A stretch of 60,768 bases of DNA, counting the filler, from Bipalium vagum (lineage: Eukaryota): NCBI GenBank assembly GCA_037834085.1. It is 3 parts of 3 records of this genome, joined end to end, with 100 filler letters (N's around TTAATTAATTAA, not from the genome) between each part and the next. Parts side by side here need not be neighbours in the genome. Positions count along the whole stretch, not along the records: positions 1 to 19,125 come from JBBMKC010006002.1; 2 more parts are not named here. The stretch is one strand, 5' to 3'. Positions 1-13,001 of the stretch are shown in pieces; positions within the stretch are counted from its first letter, which is position 1, and every line of letters begins with the position of its first letter. The position numbers and the translations under genes were made by a program. Under the pieces are notes generated by a model that had not been told where the DNA came from, searched no databases, and was given only the letters and a program-made list of their open reading frames with translations.

Positions 1-425
1 AAATCCAATTCCAAAATCTTCTGAAGAGATGTTCTCGATATGCCTAGTTGAGAAGAGCGACGACGAGTAGATGCATAAGGATTTTGAAGCACACTTTGCT
101 TTTCACGCACAGTCCTCTTAGGACCTCTTCCGGGAAGATCTACGACTGATCCAGTTTTTTCAAAACGAGAGATTAGGTTCCAAATCATGGTTGTGGTAGG
201 TGATTTTTTTACATTAAAATATGTTCGATATTTTGTTTGGGTTTTAATAATTGACTTTTCATTTGCATAGTATAACTCAATTAGTTTTACTCGGTATGGA
301 ATATTATAAGCATTCATTTAAATTCCAAGAAATGCTTTATATTATCTAAAAAAGATATTAAAAAAATCATTTATATTTTCAATTTCAGATCAATTTTAAA
401 TTGGTAAGTCTTAGTGGCCACCCTG
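1..425 (-). mobile_element. Tc1/mariner-superfamily (rosa/maT-like) transposon, 5' end, truncated by window edge
   Basis: Minus strand begins TA|CAGGGTGGCCACTAAGAC (TIR with TA target). It encodes ..ELYYANEKSIIKTQTKYRTYF..WNLISRFEKTGSVVDLPGRGPKRTV..NPYASTRRRSSQLGISRTSLQKIL, an HTH-type transposase N-terminus. Confidence 0.75.
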
Positions 426-599
426 TATTATTATTTATTTGGAACAAATGTAAATTTCTTCAAAGGATACGAAAATCGTTAATTATTGAATACAAATTAA
501 TTATAGCACATTTTAGGAAGAATGAATAATTGTTTCAATGTTTTTTATTATTAAAATTTAACATTATTTTGCTTGAATTATTGTGTAAGGCACAATTTT

Positions 600-2400
600 A
601 TTATGGCGTAATCGCCTTTAAATATTGACTAATTGTGTCATATTATGACATTCATCCAATTTAATCGTTTAGTAAACAAACTTCAAAATGATCGATGATA
701 TATAAAGAATATTTCTTTCATCGTTTAATTTTCGAAAAGGAAAATGCTAACCAAATACAAAAGAAAATATGTTGAGTTAATTAAAGAAAACTCGGTTATT
801 GATCGCATTTATCCAATTATTATGAAATTTAAAGAAAGCGATTTATCTTATCCAACCCAGATTACACAGGATGACCTTCGCATGTCAATGATGAATATTT
901 AGTATTCTTAATTCAAGAACAGGAATTAACAGAACGAGAGATTCAAGAAATATTAAAAATAAGCAGTTGAGGTTATTCATTTAGTAAAGGTCGAAATATT
1001 GACATAGTAAAAACTGAAATAGTTAAAAATCAACCGGAATTTAATTGTTGTCTAACATGTAAGATACAGTTTAACTTCTTTTTTAAAAAATCTATCAAAC
1101 CAATGTTGACGTTTTTTAGATAGACCCATGTCATCATAGGTTGCCACAAAAGTAAGGTAATTCAGGTTAAGTTTTTTTTAGAAAATGAAGAGAAGTTAAA
1201 ACGAGTCTCAAATGAATATTTGTTTATCGGAATTCAAGACACTTTTACTGACAAAAATGAGACGTTATGATGTCGGACATATTTTGAATTAAAAGGCGCG
1301 AAAATTATTGTATAAGCAAATATATGTGAATATGAAAACAATTTAATTAAAAAAATTGGAATATCGTTCATTAAATCTTCCTTTTCGTTGGGATCATTTT
1401 ATCATACTGTGTAGATCGGTTTATAATATTCAACTGATCATGATCAATAAAAAATGGAAATCAAGTAATTTTAAGTTCCAAATGAAATTTGGACATCGGG
1501 TAAATTCAAACTGATCCCTATTACACATTATTATTTGATCACCCCCATTTCGACCTAAATTGGATTATTCTAATTTATTAACCATTTTATACGTCAATTA
1601 TTACGGATCAAAATCATTGTAGAATTCCGCAGTCGACAAATTCATACTTTCTATTCTCATAATTCTCACAAAATTGCATTCTTCCTCTTTGAGTTTGATA
1701 AATTTTTTTTTGACATTAAGTATTTTCGTTTCAGTAAACGTTCTCAAAGAATCGTTCTTCGGCCTGGTATAATTTTGCACTTTGTTCTCGCAATATATTT
1801 ATGAAGCTAAATGAGCTTGAATTTAAGTTTCATTTAAAAAGCTGTTATGAATGAGACCTAGCGCAAACCATCAAACAGTTGTCATTACCTTTATGTGATT
1901 TTGTAAAATATTCTTAGGCTTCATCATAGTTCAATCGTAGTCGGTTGTACATTATTCAATTTTCATCGAATATTACAATAGGGGTGAAAAAAGAATCCTT
2001 ATTTTTGAGCGAAAAGAAAGGTTACAAGTTCAAACTGACGATTGTTCTGATTTTCGTTCAGTTCTTGTGGAAGAGACTTGTTGAGTTTTATTGACCTATC
2101 CAATTATGTCAAGTGATTCGAAATTGCTCCATTTTTAATACATAAATATAATGCAAATTCTCAAACTGTTGTACGAAGATTTGGATAGACCAAAAATGTC
2201 AACTGATTATTATTGATGACCGTCTTTCATCCATGAACTTGCTCGTCTCCGAGTGAGTCATCTCCATCGTGAAACTTGTGAACCAACGTTGTAGCGTTGG
2301 TTCGTATGTTCGCCAAATGAGTAGTTACTGTTGCGACTTGATTTCGCTGTGTTGTAACCTATCTTAAACTCTTATAAGAAATAGATACTTATCTGCTTAA
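600..2400. mobile_element. Cluster of heavily decayed Tc1/mariner transposase fragments (both strands)
   Basis: Frameshifted mariner-like HTH segments near 700-960 (+) and 2050-2400 (-), plus a DDE-like remnant at 1400-1900 (-). No intact ORF; boundaries approximate. Confidence 0.45.
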
Positions 2401-2471
2401 TTTCAATATTACCCTTATTTTAATAACGAAGTATTCTAAAATTAAATAACAAACAAATGTCATCAGAAATA

Positions 2472-2724
2472 CAGTATCTGTAAAAAGTATTCGTACGATC
2501 ACCTTTTTCATAATAAAACTTAGATTTAGAAAAGATATAGAAAAAATGGGTCAGAACCTTTCTGAGTGATCACATGGATTGGAACACGGTCCTCTAATCT
2601 GATGAAAGCAAATTTAATGTTTTTTTGGAGCGATGGAAAAGTTATTGTGTGGAGAACTGTGGCAGAAATAAATCTAACTATTTTAGAAATTAAGTGATGG
2701 TACGAATACTTTTTGCAGGTACTG
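2472..2724. mobile_element. 253-bp non-autonomous Tc1-like element (MITE/deletion derivative)
   Basis: Left TA|CAGTATCTGTAAAAAGTATTCGTACGATCAC and right GTGATGGTACGAATACTTTTTGCAGGTACTG|TA form an imperfect ~30-bp TIR with TA duplication. The same TIR recurs at 16758. Confidence 0.8.
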
Positions 2725-4029
2725 TATATCGGAAATCGAACAATTTCAAATGATATTATATAATATCAATTAAAACAACTCCAATGATGTCTAAATAACG
2801 TAAAATAAATGAGATTTATAAAAACCGAAAATAACTTTTAAGCAACCTAACAATTTAAATGGTTTATTTTGTACAACAACCAATGAGATAGTTGGTAATT
2901 ATTTTTAAATAATTTAAAACGTTTAAGTATTGAGGATTTTCGTTTTTCAAAGTACCTTCACGTAAAAAGTTAAATATCAGAATACTTTCTATACTCATAT
3001 TTTTAAAAAGAATTTTGAACGACTTTTGCAGAGTGAAAACACAAAGAATGACCCATCGAGGCTGATATAGATTTTGAGTTAACTTTAAGTGATTTCTATT
3101 AAAAGTTGACCACGAAGGTGTGTAAAAGAGAAATCGAAAGACCTTATGAAAGTGGAGGTCACTGCCAAATATGGTTATATACAGAAATTCTCTGTCCATT
3201 TCTCTCAGAGTCAATACTAAATTTCATGCTAATGATTCTCTTTCAGGGATACCAGGAATAAGCTTAACAGTGACCCAGAGGACAAGAATTATATAACAAC
3301 GAAATAAATAATTCTGGTAATCTAACTCTCTTGTCTTTTCTTTTAATGTATTAAAACCATTATTAATAAAAAGATGTTCTCAGGAGAATTATTTCAGTCG
3401 TTTCTTTAAATGTAAATTGTCAGGAAAAACAGAAAAGACAGAGGTCCACTGAAATCCTTTTAAATACTGATGGGTCCTCAATGAATGAAAGACTTAAACC
3501 AATAGAAATGCCATTGTCCTGTGCGAGGCTAAAAGGTTTCATGACAGATTTTGTTGGAATCTGCCAACTGATCAGAAACAAAAACGTCTGAAACTTTAAC
3601 TTAAGACTAACGGTGGCGATTTGCGACGTGATTTTCCTTTTTTTGTGTTGAACTTCTCCTCATACGAAATAAGTTTGAGAGAGTAAGAGGACTGAAAATC
3701 TCAAATCTAACATTTTTTTGTTCCAATGAAATCATGATGCCCTCAAACAAATTATTTAATTAAAGCTGTCCTAGGGATGGCACAGACTCAAAAGTAAAAA
3801 TACAAATTAGAGAGGATGAATTGTGCAGCTTAGAAAAATGGTTGAAACCAAGAGCAACTGAATGGATCTGCAAATGAACTCTTTATAAGTTGCAAGAATG
3901 TGATCAAATTAAAAAAATCAAAATAAGATTGTGACTTTATTTGCGACGAGAGTTTCGATTTGTAAAAAACTTTATTATATTTTCTTTATATTAAAAGTAT
4001 GAGGCAAATATTATTAATATATACATTGT

Positions 4030-4520
4030 GAGCTGTTGTAACCAAACGAAACAATCACGGGGATCAGTATCAAGATCGGTTGTTGTGCTTAAGTCAAGCA
4101 TTAAGGGATAAACGGTCACATTCTGCAGACAGACATGATAAATCATTATGCACATGACAATGCTCAGTCACATGTTTTAAAAACGGTTAAAACATTCATG
4201 GAAACTATCAAATAAGAAGTTCTACCACACCCGTCGTATTTGCTCTTTATTGCCCCTACAGATTAACACCTGTTCCGCTCAATGGTTCATGGCCTGCCTA
4301 ACCAGTATTTTCAATCTTACGATAACACCTGAGCTCAAATCTTGGATCGCCACAAAAATTTCAGAATTTTTTAAAACACGGAATCGGTACCTGGAAGATG
4401 GTAGAAAGTATTGACAAGCAGTGGAAAATATTTCGAAGAATGAATGTTTATTTTTATGATAAAATTTATTTATTTCTTCTTTGTTATTTATTTAAAAAAT
4501 TTAGGAACTATTTCACTCAC
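4030..4520 (+). mobile_element. mariner transposase C-terminal remnant
   Basis: Translates to HDNAQSHV..VLPHPSYLLFIAPTD*HLFRSM, matching mariner HDNARPH and YSPDLAPSDYHLFRSL motifs; contains stops. Confidence 0.75.
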
Positions 4521-5533
4521 CTGATATATTTTCTTTATATTAAAGGTATGGGGCAAATAAAATAAATTATCTAACCCCTTGGTTATCTATATTATTAATT
4601 GAGTTATCGAATTTTATTTTATAAGGATAATAAAATAATAAAATAAATGACATAATAAAAATAATAAATAATAATAAAATTATTATATAAAAAATAATAA
4701 TAGTAATATTTTTTTTTAAATATTTGTTGATTACTCGTAAGAAATTCTTAAAATAAGCATATTTTTAGGAAATATTATATCATTTTAATTATCAAAAAAT
4801 TGTGAATATAAATATATCATAATTATATTATTTAAATAATTAATAAATTAATATATATAAGCCAAAACATAGAAAAGTAATAGCATAAAAAATAAATAAA
4901 AAATTTTAAATACAATAAAATTATTTACGTAAAGTAATAATCTTTCAGTTCCAATTTTATATGAGAAAAATGATTTCTTTTATTAATTAAATAATTAATT
5001 TCAGATAAAAAAGCAAACCAGCAAACTCACCAATTTTCGAACCATTTCTTTCATCTTTAATGAAAACCGATTTTCACAATTCACATAATGTCTTTTATAA
5101 ATTAAAATGAATTTAGAGAACCAATGAAAAGAATTGAACAATATTTTCAACCAATCATTTTGCACCTAAGAAGTACTTAATAGTTATATATTATATTTTC
5201 ATTTATATTATTTAATATTTTATGTCACGAAAGGTAAAATATTATCAGTAGAAAATTATTTATGCATATAAACCTTAAACTGAGAGTGAAATTCTCTTTC
5301 CAATGTAAAATAAAACAATATTTGCACAGTCGGATCTCCTAAAGGAAAATTATTGAATAAATTCTTCTTAATGAATTTGATGAAAATTGAGGTAGGTTAT
5401 AGTGATAAAATATATGGAACGTCAAAATAAGAAACCTTTTAGATAAGAAAGCTCTATATAAAGTATAATGAACATCTTTGTTTGGAAGAGACCTAGGATA
5501 ATTTAGCTTATAAGTATGATTAGAAAGATTTTA

Positions 5534-6240
5534 CAGGGTTTTCGGGTCAATTTAATAATTTTCGGGTCAATTTTATTATTTTCGGGTCAATTTCATTATT
5601 TTCGGGTCAATTTAATAATCATTGTTTTAATTTTGAATATTTTAAATTTCTTTTTACATAGTATTACATTATATTTTTAGAGAAAGTTGTACATATGCAG
5701 AAGCAAAATAAAGTAAATGTCAGTGAATTATACAAACATTCTAGAACCCGAATTAATGGTGTCAACAATAAGAAAGTGACAAATGAACAACACGAAAGAA
5801 TCATATTAAATTTTCAATGCGGAAAAGGTGCAAAGGAAAATTCCAATTACCATATAATGGAGACTGGTTTTTTGGATTTATTCTTGGAATTTGTTCAATT
5901 TCTTGATTTTAGAAATTGCTTGATTATGATGGAAAATGTTCCATTTTAGAAAATAATTTCTGTTTCTGAAACATTTTCATAAAATGCTTATACTTTATCA
6001 ATTCTCCACCCATATTCACAATTTCTCAATCCTATTGAGAATATGTTTTTCAAATGGTAAAATTCCGTCAGGGTTTCTTTACCAAAGAATGAGAAAGATC
6101 TTTTTTCCGCATTTCATTATAATGGAATGGCGACAATATCAAGTAATGATTTGGACGGGTGTTATCGAAATATGAAAAGATATATCCTGCTATCTCTCAC
6201 GAGAACAACTATTACTGAGTAACTTTAAATGTGCTTTTCT
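5534..6240 (+). mobile_element. Internally deleted IS630/Tc1-like (DDE_3) transposon
   Basis: Starts TA|CAGGG followed by subterminal repeats. Coding remnant LIMMENVPF..SPYSQFLNPIENMFFKW corresponds to the DNxxxH and PPYSPxLNPIExxW motifs. Confidence 0.65.
5539..5619. repeat. 4 x ~20-bp tandem repeat (TTTTCGGGTCAATTT + AT-rich 5 nt)
   Basis: Four directly visible copies of TTCGGGTCAATTT at 20-bp spacing. Confidence 0.9.
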
Positions 6241-6589
6241 TATGTGATCAATGTAAAAAACTATTAGATACATATATGTATATTTAAATATGTGTTTTAT
6301 CGTCTTTTTATATTAATTGTTTCATAATCTCAATTGGTAATCAAAAAATTATTAAATAAAGCCAAAAAATATTATTTTAAACAAATTTTGTATGTTTTAT
6401 TATAGCAATAGCTAAATTATAAACAATAATAAAGAGTGTATTGAAAAGTATGGAAACACAAAAAAATTAGAATACAACGAAACATCCCAAAATATATTCT
6501 TCAAAAGTCAAAACAAGGTTTCTTTAACACTGAAGCATAACAAATGTGAAACGTAATAGGTTACTATTTTTACTTTGCTATTTTATTGA

Positions 6590-7400
6590 CTTTTCGTCGA
6601 AGAGTACCCATTAAGTTCTGGACCACTGTACTATCCCTCTTTTTGGATTCACTAATTCAATCTTCTCTGAACTGATCTATGATTCCCGATGGCTGAAAGT
6701 CTTTTCGCAAGTTTGCTTTTATAATTTCCAAATTTTCTCGATAGTTCTAATTTCAGGACAATTTGGCGGATTCAAGGATTTTTCTACCTACTACACATCG
6801 TTTTATTATACATACTTTCTTAGGTAGTGTATTGCTGCCAGGTTAGGCTAGGGTAACATCTCTCCCTCATGCAAACATTTTATCGGTAGTAGACTATTTT
6901 TTAAACATTGCTCAATGTATGACATCACTCCTCATTGTAGATGTTGTCACAAATAGAGCAGATTTTATGTCACAATGACAGAAAGTTTGAAACACCATAG
7001 TTTTAGGACTGGATTTCTCAGCGGCAATTACGTTTGGGGATTTCGGCAGATCCGTACCTCTGTGAACCGCATTAAATTGAGACCCTGGTAATGACGAGTA
7101 GCCGAATTTTACAGAATTTTCCACGATAATGCATTTTACCTTTTTTGTTAAAATACAGTCATAAATTTCGAACCCGGGGTTTCACAAATGCTGCCTGTTT
7201 TGAACTTCGTTTTGGCGCTTTCAGCTTCTTGTAATTCTAAAATCAATTTCGTTTTTTAATATATTTAATCATACCAACACTTGACTAATACTTTCTCGAA
7301 GTATCTGGTAAAGAGGAATAGGTCATCTTTTTCACTGATAAAAAAATAATAGAATCTAACTTAACGTTGCTTGAACCTTGAGTTACACCTAATATGAACA
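6590..7400 (-). mobile_element. Decayed Tc1/maT-like transposase
   Basis: Minus strand gives ENSVKFGYSSLPGSQF (DExY..LPGxQFY-like) and NPPNCPEIRTIEKIW (PPNxPxxRPIExxW); many stops. Confidence 0.65.
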
Positions 7401-7539
7401 ATTAATTTTTTCTGATGAGGATTAAGTTTTCACATTTTAGTCAATAATAAAGATTTTCAATAATAAATTTTCTGAAGAGGCTTGAAATGCGATAGGTTAT
7501 ATTTATTAACCTATATTTCAATTTTACAATGCGGAGATA

Positions 7540-8050
7540 TGGGATTGGTTACGTTACTTGTTATTGATGAACTAAATCCATTTTTCATCTCAGGTGACCA
7601 AGAAGTTAAAAAATGGTCTTACACCATGTCGTGAAAGATGAGAAGACCAAGTGATGGTCTTTAAAGCTTGTTCTTCTTTGGTAATGCATCTGGAACTCAA
7701 TTGGTCCTTTTTCATGATTGTTCAATTGCAAGCAAATGTGAGTAACATATTTTGTCATTTACATTAAACCTTTAGGTTAACTTTTGGCATAACATTTTGG
7801 AATTTTCTTCAATAATATTTTTAAACACTTCGTCATTGATATCTGGTGACCTCCCAGAACGTGGTTCACCTTCAAGTGACTCATCATCGTTCAGAAATCT
7901 TCCAAACCTCCTTTAAGTCACTATCTTCAAACGGTAGACACATCCTATGACTTCCCTATAAAGCCTAAGACCCGAATATTAATTCATGCAGCCAATATGG
8001 GCCCATTACATTTTTATCAATATGCATTTTGGATTTGAATGAAATATATA
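7540..8050 (-). mobile_element. mariner transposase N-terminal remnant
   Basis: Minus strand RFGRFLNDDESLEGEPRSGRSP (mariner xxFxxGxxxLEDxxRSGRP motif) and a WVPHEL-like segment. Confidence 0.7.
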
Positions 8051-11000
8051 AATTCTTATGGAAATTGATAATTCAAATAAAATCAATAAAAATGAAATAT
8101 GAAGCTTCATTTTAAAACAATATTTCTTTTCAAAATTCGGCTATTTATGCGTGCCTAATCCACTTATATAAAGAGACCCCAAGAACTGTTTTGGTTACCT
8201 GATATATTAAAGAGAATGTTTAAATCTTCCATGTTAAATTAGATAATTCAAACAATTTTTTTGATAAACAAAGCATTCAAAAAAGAAAACAGAAAACCCG
8301 CTATTTCATGTTACACTCTAATTTAATTTATAATTAAAAACGAAAATTAATAATTAAGATATCTTCTTGTCTTAAGATTGTCTTCGTGACATAAATTTAA
8401 TAGATATAAAATGAAAAGGCAGAAACAAAATCCAAAGTCATCGAAACCTGAAGATCAACAATGACCACAATAGAAGGAGATAGGACAAAATAATCAAAAG
8501 TTGTGAGTTCGGAAGAAATATATTTTATTTTTATATAAATATTTCGGTAAAACTTTACTGGTACAAAACATTTTTATGCAGAAACTATTTTTAATAAAAA
8601 AATTAATTACAATTTGACGAATTAGGTGTTTTAAATAACTAATAAAAGGGTCTGATTTAAAGAAACTGGAAAAACGGTTATAGTAAAGTATACCCAATAC
8701 TTCTTGATTAATTAAAACAAGTTTTAATTTTATGAATTTTTACTTATCATTTTTAATGCCTCATTCTTAAAAAAAACAGTAAGCCATATTTTGGAAAAGA
8801 TTTAAGACATTCAATTTTAAACAGTTCAGATTATTTGGCCAATAAGTTTTCGCAATTTGTAATAGAATATTTTTACTGAATACAAAAAATATATCAATAA
8901 ATTTTAATCATCGAAATAAAATTCGACATAATTAATGTTATCGATTTAAAAAAAATAATAAACTAAAAATAATATTTAAAATGAAGTCTGTGAGGCCTAA
9001 TATGAAGAACATTTTATATAAACTTTATAATATATGATATAAATTTTATAAAACATTTGTTTTAATATTGATATTATTTACGTTCAATTTTTTGAAAAAA
9101 TGCTGAAAACAAAACAATTTGTAAAACGTCAGTTATCATTTTAAAGTTTATTGCGATATTGAGAGAGAAGTTTCTAATTAAACTGTCATTTGATTTAATA
9201 TTTATTGACTTATTTTTATCCATTCTTCTAATTTCTTCTTCAACATCATATTTACATATTTCGATTTTAGGGAATTTTATTAAAGAAATAATTATAAAAT
9301 TATCTAAATTAAAATCAATAAAACTATTATTATTAATATTATTATTTTATAATATTTTATTTATTTTAAACCAATAAAATGATTTAAATAATTTTTCTTA
9401 TAGATAATAATTTTAGAATCATAAAGCATTGTAATAAACAAGAAGAAAATATCAAAAAAGAGTATAATAATATATAATATATTAATTTTTAATTTTTAAA
9501 ATATATTTCATTAATTATTCAAATTTCATTGGAAACACCAGGTCCCATATCAGAAAATAATTGGGCGAACTTGTTTTGTTGCAGGCTTCTCTATTTTGAA
9601 GTAATGTGAAATAAAATAAATATATTCAGGATTAACCAAATATCCTTATCAAATCCTTTGATCTGTACAATAAAGGCAAATTATCACTTTCACTGACAAG
9701 GAAATAATTAAATTCGCCATTCGTTTTATCCTTTCATATCAAAGGTTTCGGGAAAATATTGATTTAAATTTAGATTTTATAACCAGTCCCAAGCTTGAAA
9801 GGGAAATTTCGGAAAATATATTCATAGGGAAATATATTGGAAATAAATATATATTTATATTCATAATATATTCATAGTATACTCATAGACAGCGGGTTGG
9901 AGGCACATTTTACTTTTTGTTTTAATTAATGATTTAGACCGAAGTATGTGATAAATAATCAATTAAAAAAAAAATAATATAATATTTTATTATAATATTT
10001 AAAATTATTATTTTTGGACATTACACGTTCTAGAATGAATAATTTGATCTTGAACTACTGTTATTTGTGTTTTATAATAATTATAATTAAAATAATAATA
10101 ATAAAAATTGTTAAGTTCCTAAAAATATGGACTGATTTTAAAAGACTTAAAACTGCTTTAGGTTACTTAACAAAGTATGTGCTATCAGAAGGATTTACGA
10201 ATGAACGCTTGAAGCACCAAATAATCACTGACACAAGATAAAAAGTCGATCAAAATAAACTAAGAGAACACAGATTTTAAATAAAATCTTTATTGATAAA
10301 TTTTACTGAGGGTTACTGAGATTTTGTGCTGATTTATCAGAATCTTTAAACACAGGCTTAGCCTAGTGTGTTAAAGCCCTCAGGAAGTTTACCAGATAGC
10401 GGCTGTGTAAACTTTAAACAAAAAAGGAAGAAATGGAAAAACAAAAAACTTTTATTTGATCAACGGTGAAGCACCGAGTAGTTATTTTCGAGAGAAATTA
10501 ATTAAAAGTCATGTCAATCGGTTAAGATAGTGCAACTGTGATTGATTATTTATTTTTAAAAAAAGTAGATTTAATACTTATGTGCTCACAGAGTATAAAT
10601 CGATTTAATAATAATTGAAATAAGGATAATAATAACAATAATAACCAAATGATTTACCTTCAGGTATTTGTGTTCGTTTATGTTTATTAATCTCCTTCTT
10701 GTCTTAACCCTTGACTACTCTTTTAATTCAGTTTGCAATTTCTTTTTACTACGTTGAACGCTTTATCTTATATGGACAGTGATGCAAGTGTGTTGGAATT
10801 TGGTTTTTGGTTTTGGAATGTGCACCTTGATATTTAACTGGAATTTGTACGTGACTGCACTGCTGTCTGATTTGTTTTATCAACGATTTCTTGGCTTTTC
10901 TATGAATTGCTTTACGTTGGAGAAAATCTTATTGTGTTTTTATGCTCTTAGGTAAGCGTTTTTATATTATTTATTTTTATATATTATTATTTTTAGTAAT

Positions 11001-11699
11001 ATGTAATTTCCTTTTTTAGAATCTACTATACTTCTATTTATCTAAAAACTATTTTTAACCACTTGTATAATTTTATTTCTATTGTTTTCTATTTTTAGTA
11101 ATGATTATTTTCTATTTTTATTGTTTATATAAATTCTTTATTTATTGCTTTTCTAATAATGATTTATAATTAATAATATCAATGATAATAATAATAATAA
11201 TTATTATTATTATTATTTAAAAGAGAATTTTTTATAATCAGCAATAAATCTTTACATGAATAAATAAAATCAAAATGTTTATTTACTGTAAAATCATAAC
11301 ATTTATTGATCAGATAAAAATCAGTAAACAGCAAAATGGGATATGTTAAAAAAATGTCTATTTTGGGATGCTCCACAAAATAATAAAAAAAAATAATAAT
11401 AAAAAAAAGATAATCGTTAGCTGAAAATTATTCGGAGATACCGGAGTTCGAACGTACAAAATTTATTTATAAACAAAGTTTTACTTCCATACACATAGAT
11501 ACAGTACATCGCGTAACGTGTCTATGTACACAAATTAGGCTTTTCTTTACATCATCGTAGTGCAGATTGTTCTGGTCAGTATCGCTTTGAGAGTCATCAT
11601 CGTCAGGATTTCTGTTCTTTCATTGATCGATCTCTTCAGTAATTGATAAGCTGGACAGGGCTCTCTCGCGGTATAAGTTCCATTGTGCGGCACTCCACT

Positions 11700-12959
11700 T
11701 GATATTGGATCCGGTGCAAAATGTTCACAACATTCAACAAGCCAAAGTGCGTCAGAGAACTACGCAGCATTTTAGGAATATGTAATTATTACAGAAAGTT
11801 TATAAAGGAGTATGCTAGGAGTCAAAGTTAGAGAAAATGGAAATGAATGAATACCAAGAAATTAAAACGGAATTAGGCTGCAGAAGAAGAATTTGAAGGC
11901 ATAACGATAGCACTCACAAGTCCTATTCTGAGCTATCCGGACCGACAGAAGGGATTTATTTTGGACACCGACGCCAATTTTGGAGCAATACGAGCAGTGT
12001 TGACAAAAATAGATAAAAATTGGCTGGAAAGGGTAATAGCATACGGATCTCACTCGCTGAATAGCAATAAAAGATATTTCTCTATCACACAGAAAGAATT
12101 ACTGGCAATTTTCTATTTTTATAAACATTTTAACCATTATCTATACGACAGGAAATTCTTACTTAGGACGAATCACAAGGCAAGTATGTATTTCTAGTTG
12201 CGATTGGGAAACAAGATGAAAACACAATTCAAAAAATATTATTATACGAATGGATCTTGAAATTTGGATGCCCAAGACGACTACTTATGGACTGCGAGAG
12301 AGTTTTCGAATCAAGAAGCATGACATGATTTTCAGAAAAGCCTTTTCAAGTCCTTACCACCACAACCCGAGTGGTCAAATTGAGAGACAGTTTTGGAAGA
12401 TGAGATATCTAATGAACGCAACGTTAGAATAGAGAAAAATTATAGATTGGCCTGACGTACTCGAAGATATCAAATTTGCTATGAACACCACATCGCAGAA
12501 ATCAATAAATGCAAGTCCAGCTGAATTTGTGTTTGGTAGAAGAATAGCAAGAACAAATTCGGAACAACACACGAGTGACGTAATCAAAGGGAAGCTCATA
12601 GATACAACAGAGACCAGAAGAAATTTCAATGTTGGAAAAGAAGTACGGGTAAAGGTCGAATGTCGGAATAAGCATCAAGGATGCTTTGAAGGCCCATAAA
12701 AAGTGATAATAAATGTGTATGACCGAAAATAGATCCTACAGAACAGTGACGGAAAGCAGATTGAAAGGAAAAGCTGAAGAGATTTCTTTAAAGGAGGATA
12801 TAAGGAATTATAAAGGTTTTACTTAATCTTAATAATTCAGTAAAATCATTAATTAAAATTGTTTTAATTATTGATTTTTATGAAAGAGCAGATTTTTGAA
12901 ATAAATAAATGTTAGTAATTATTTAGTTTGTTTCATATGAAATTCGAGCAACTTACCAA

Positions 12960-12960
<1 letters not shown>
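11700..12960 (+). mobile_element. Gypsy (Metaviridae) LTR retrotransposon remnant: RT end, RNase H, deleted integrase, putative PPT/3' LTR
   Basis: LRSILGICNYYRKFI (RT end); FILDTDANFGAIRAVL..YFSITQKELLAI..FLLRTNHKA (RNase H); SSPYHHNPSGQIER (integrase); purine tract AAAGGAGGA near 12790. Confidence 0.85.

Positions 12961-13001
<41 letters not shown>

Noticed and set aside
5539-5619. Regularly spaced repeats resembling a mini CRISPR array
   Set aside because: The period is only 20 bp, there are no unique spacers or cas genes, the context is eukaryotic, and the array sits at a transposon terminus.
9159-11376. Short I/L/F/N-rich ORFs (9159, 10014, 11179; similarly 23248, 33890, 40421)
   Set aside because: They are compositional artefacts of AT-rich DNA, often with non-ATG starts and no motifs or splice support.
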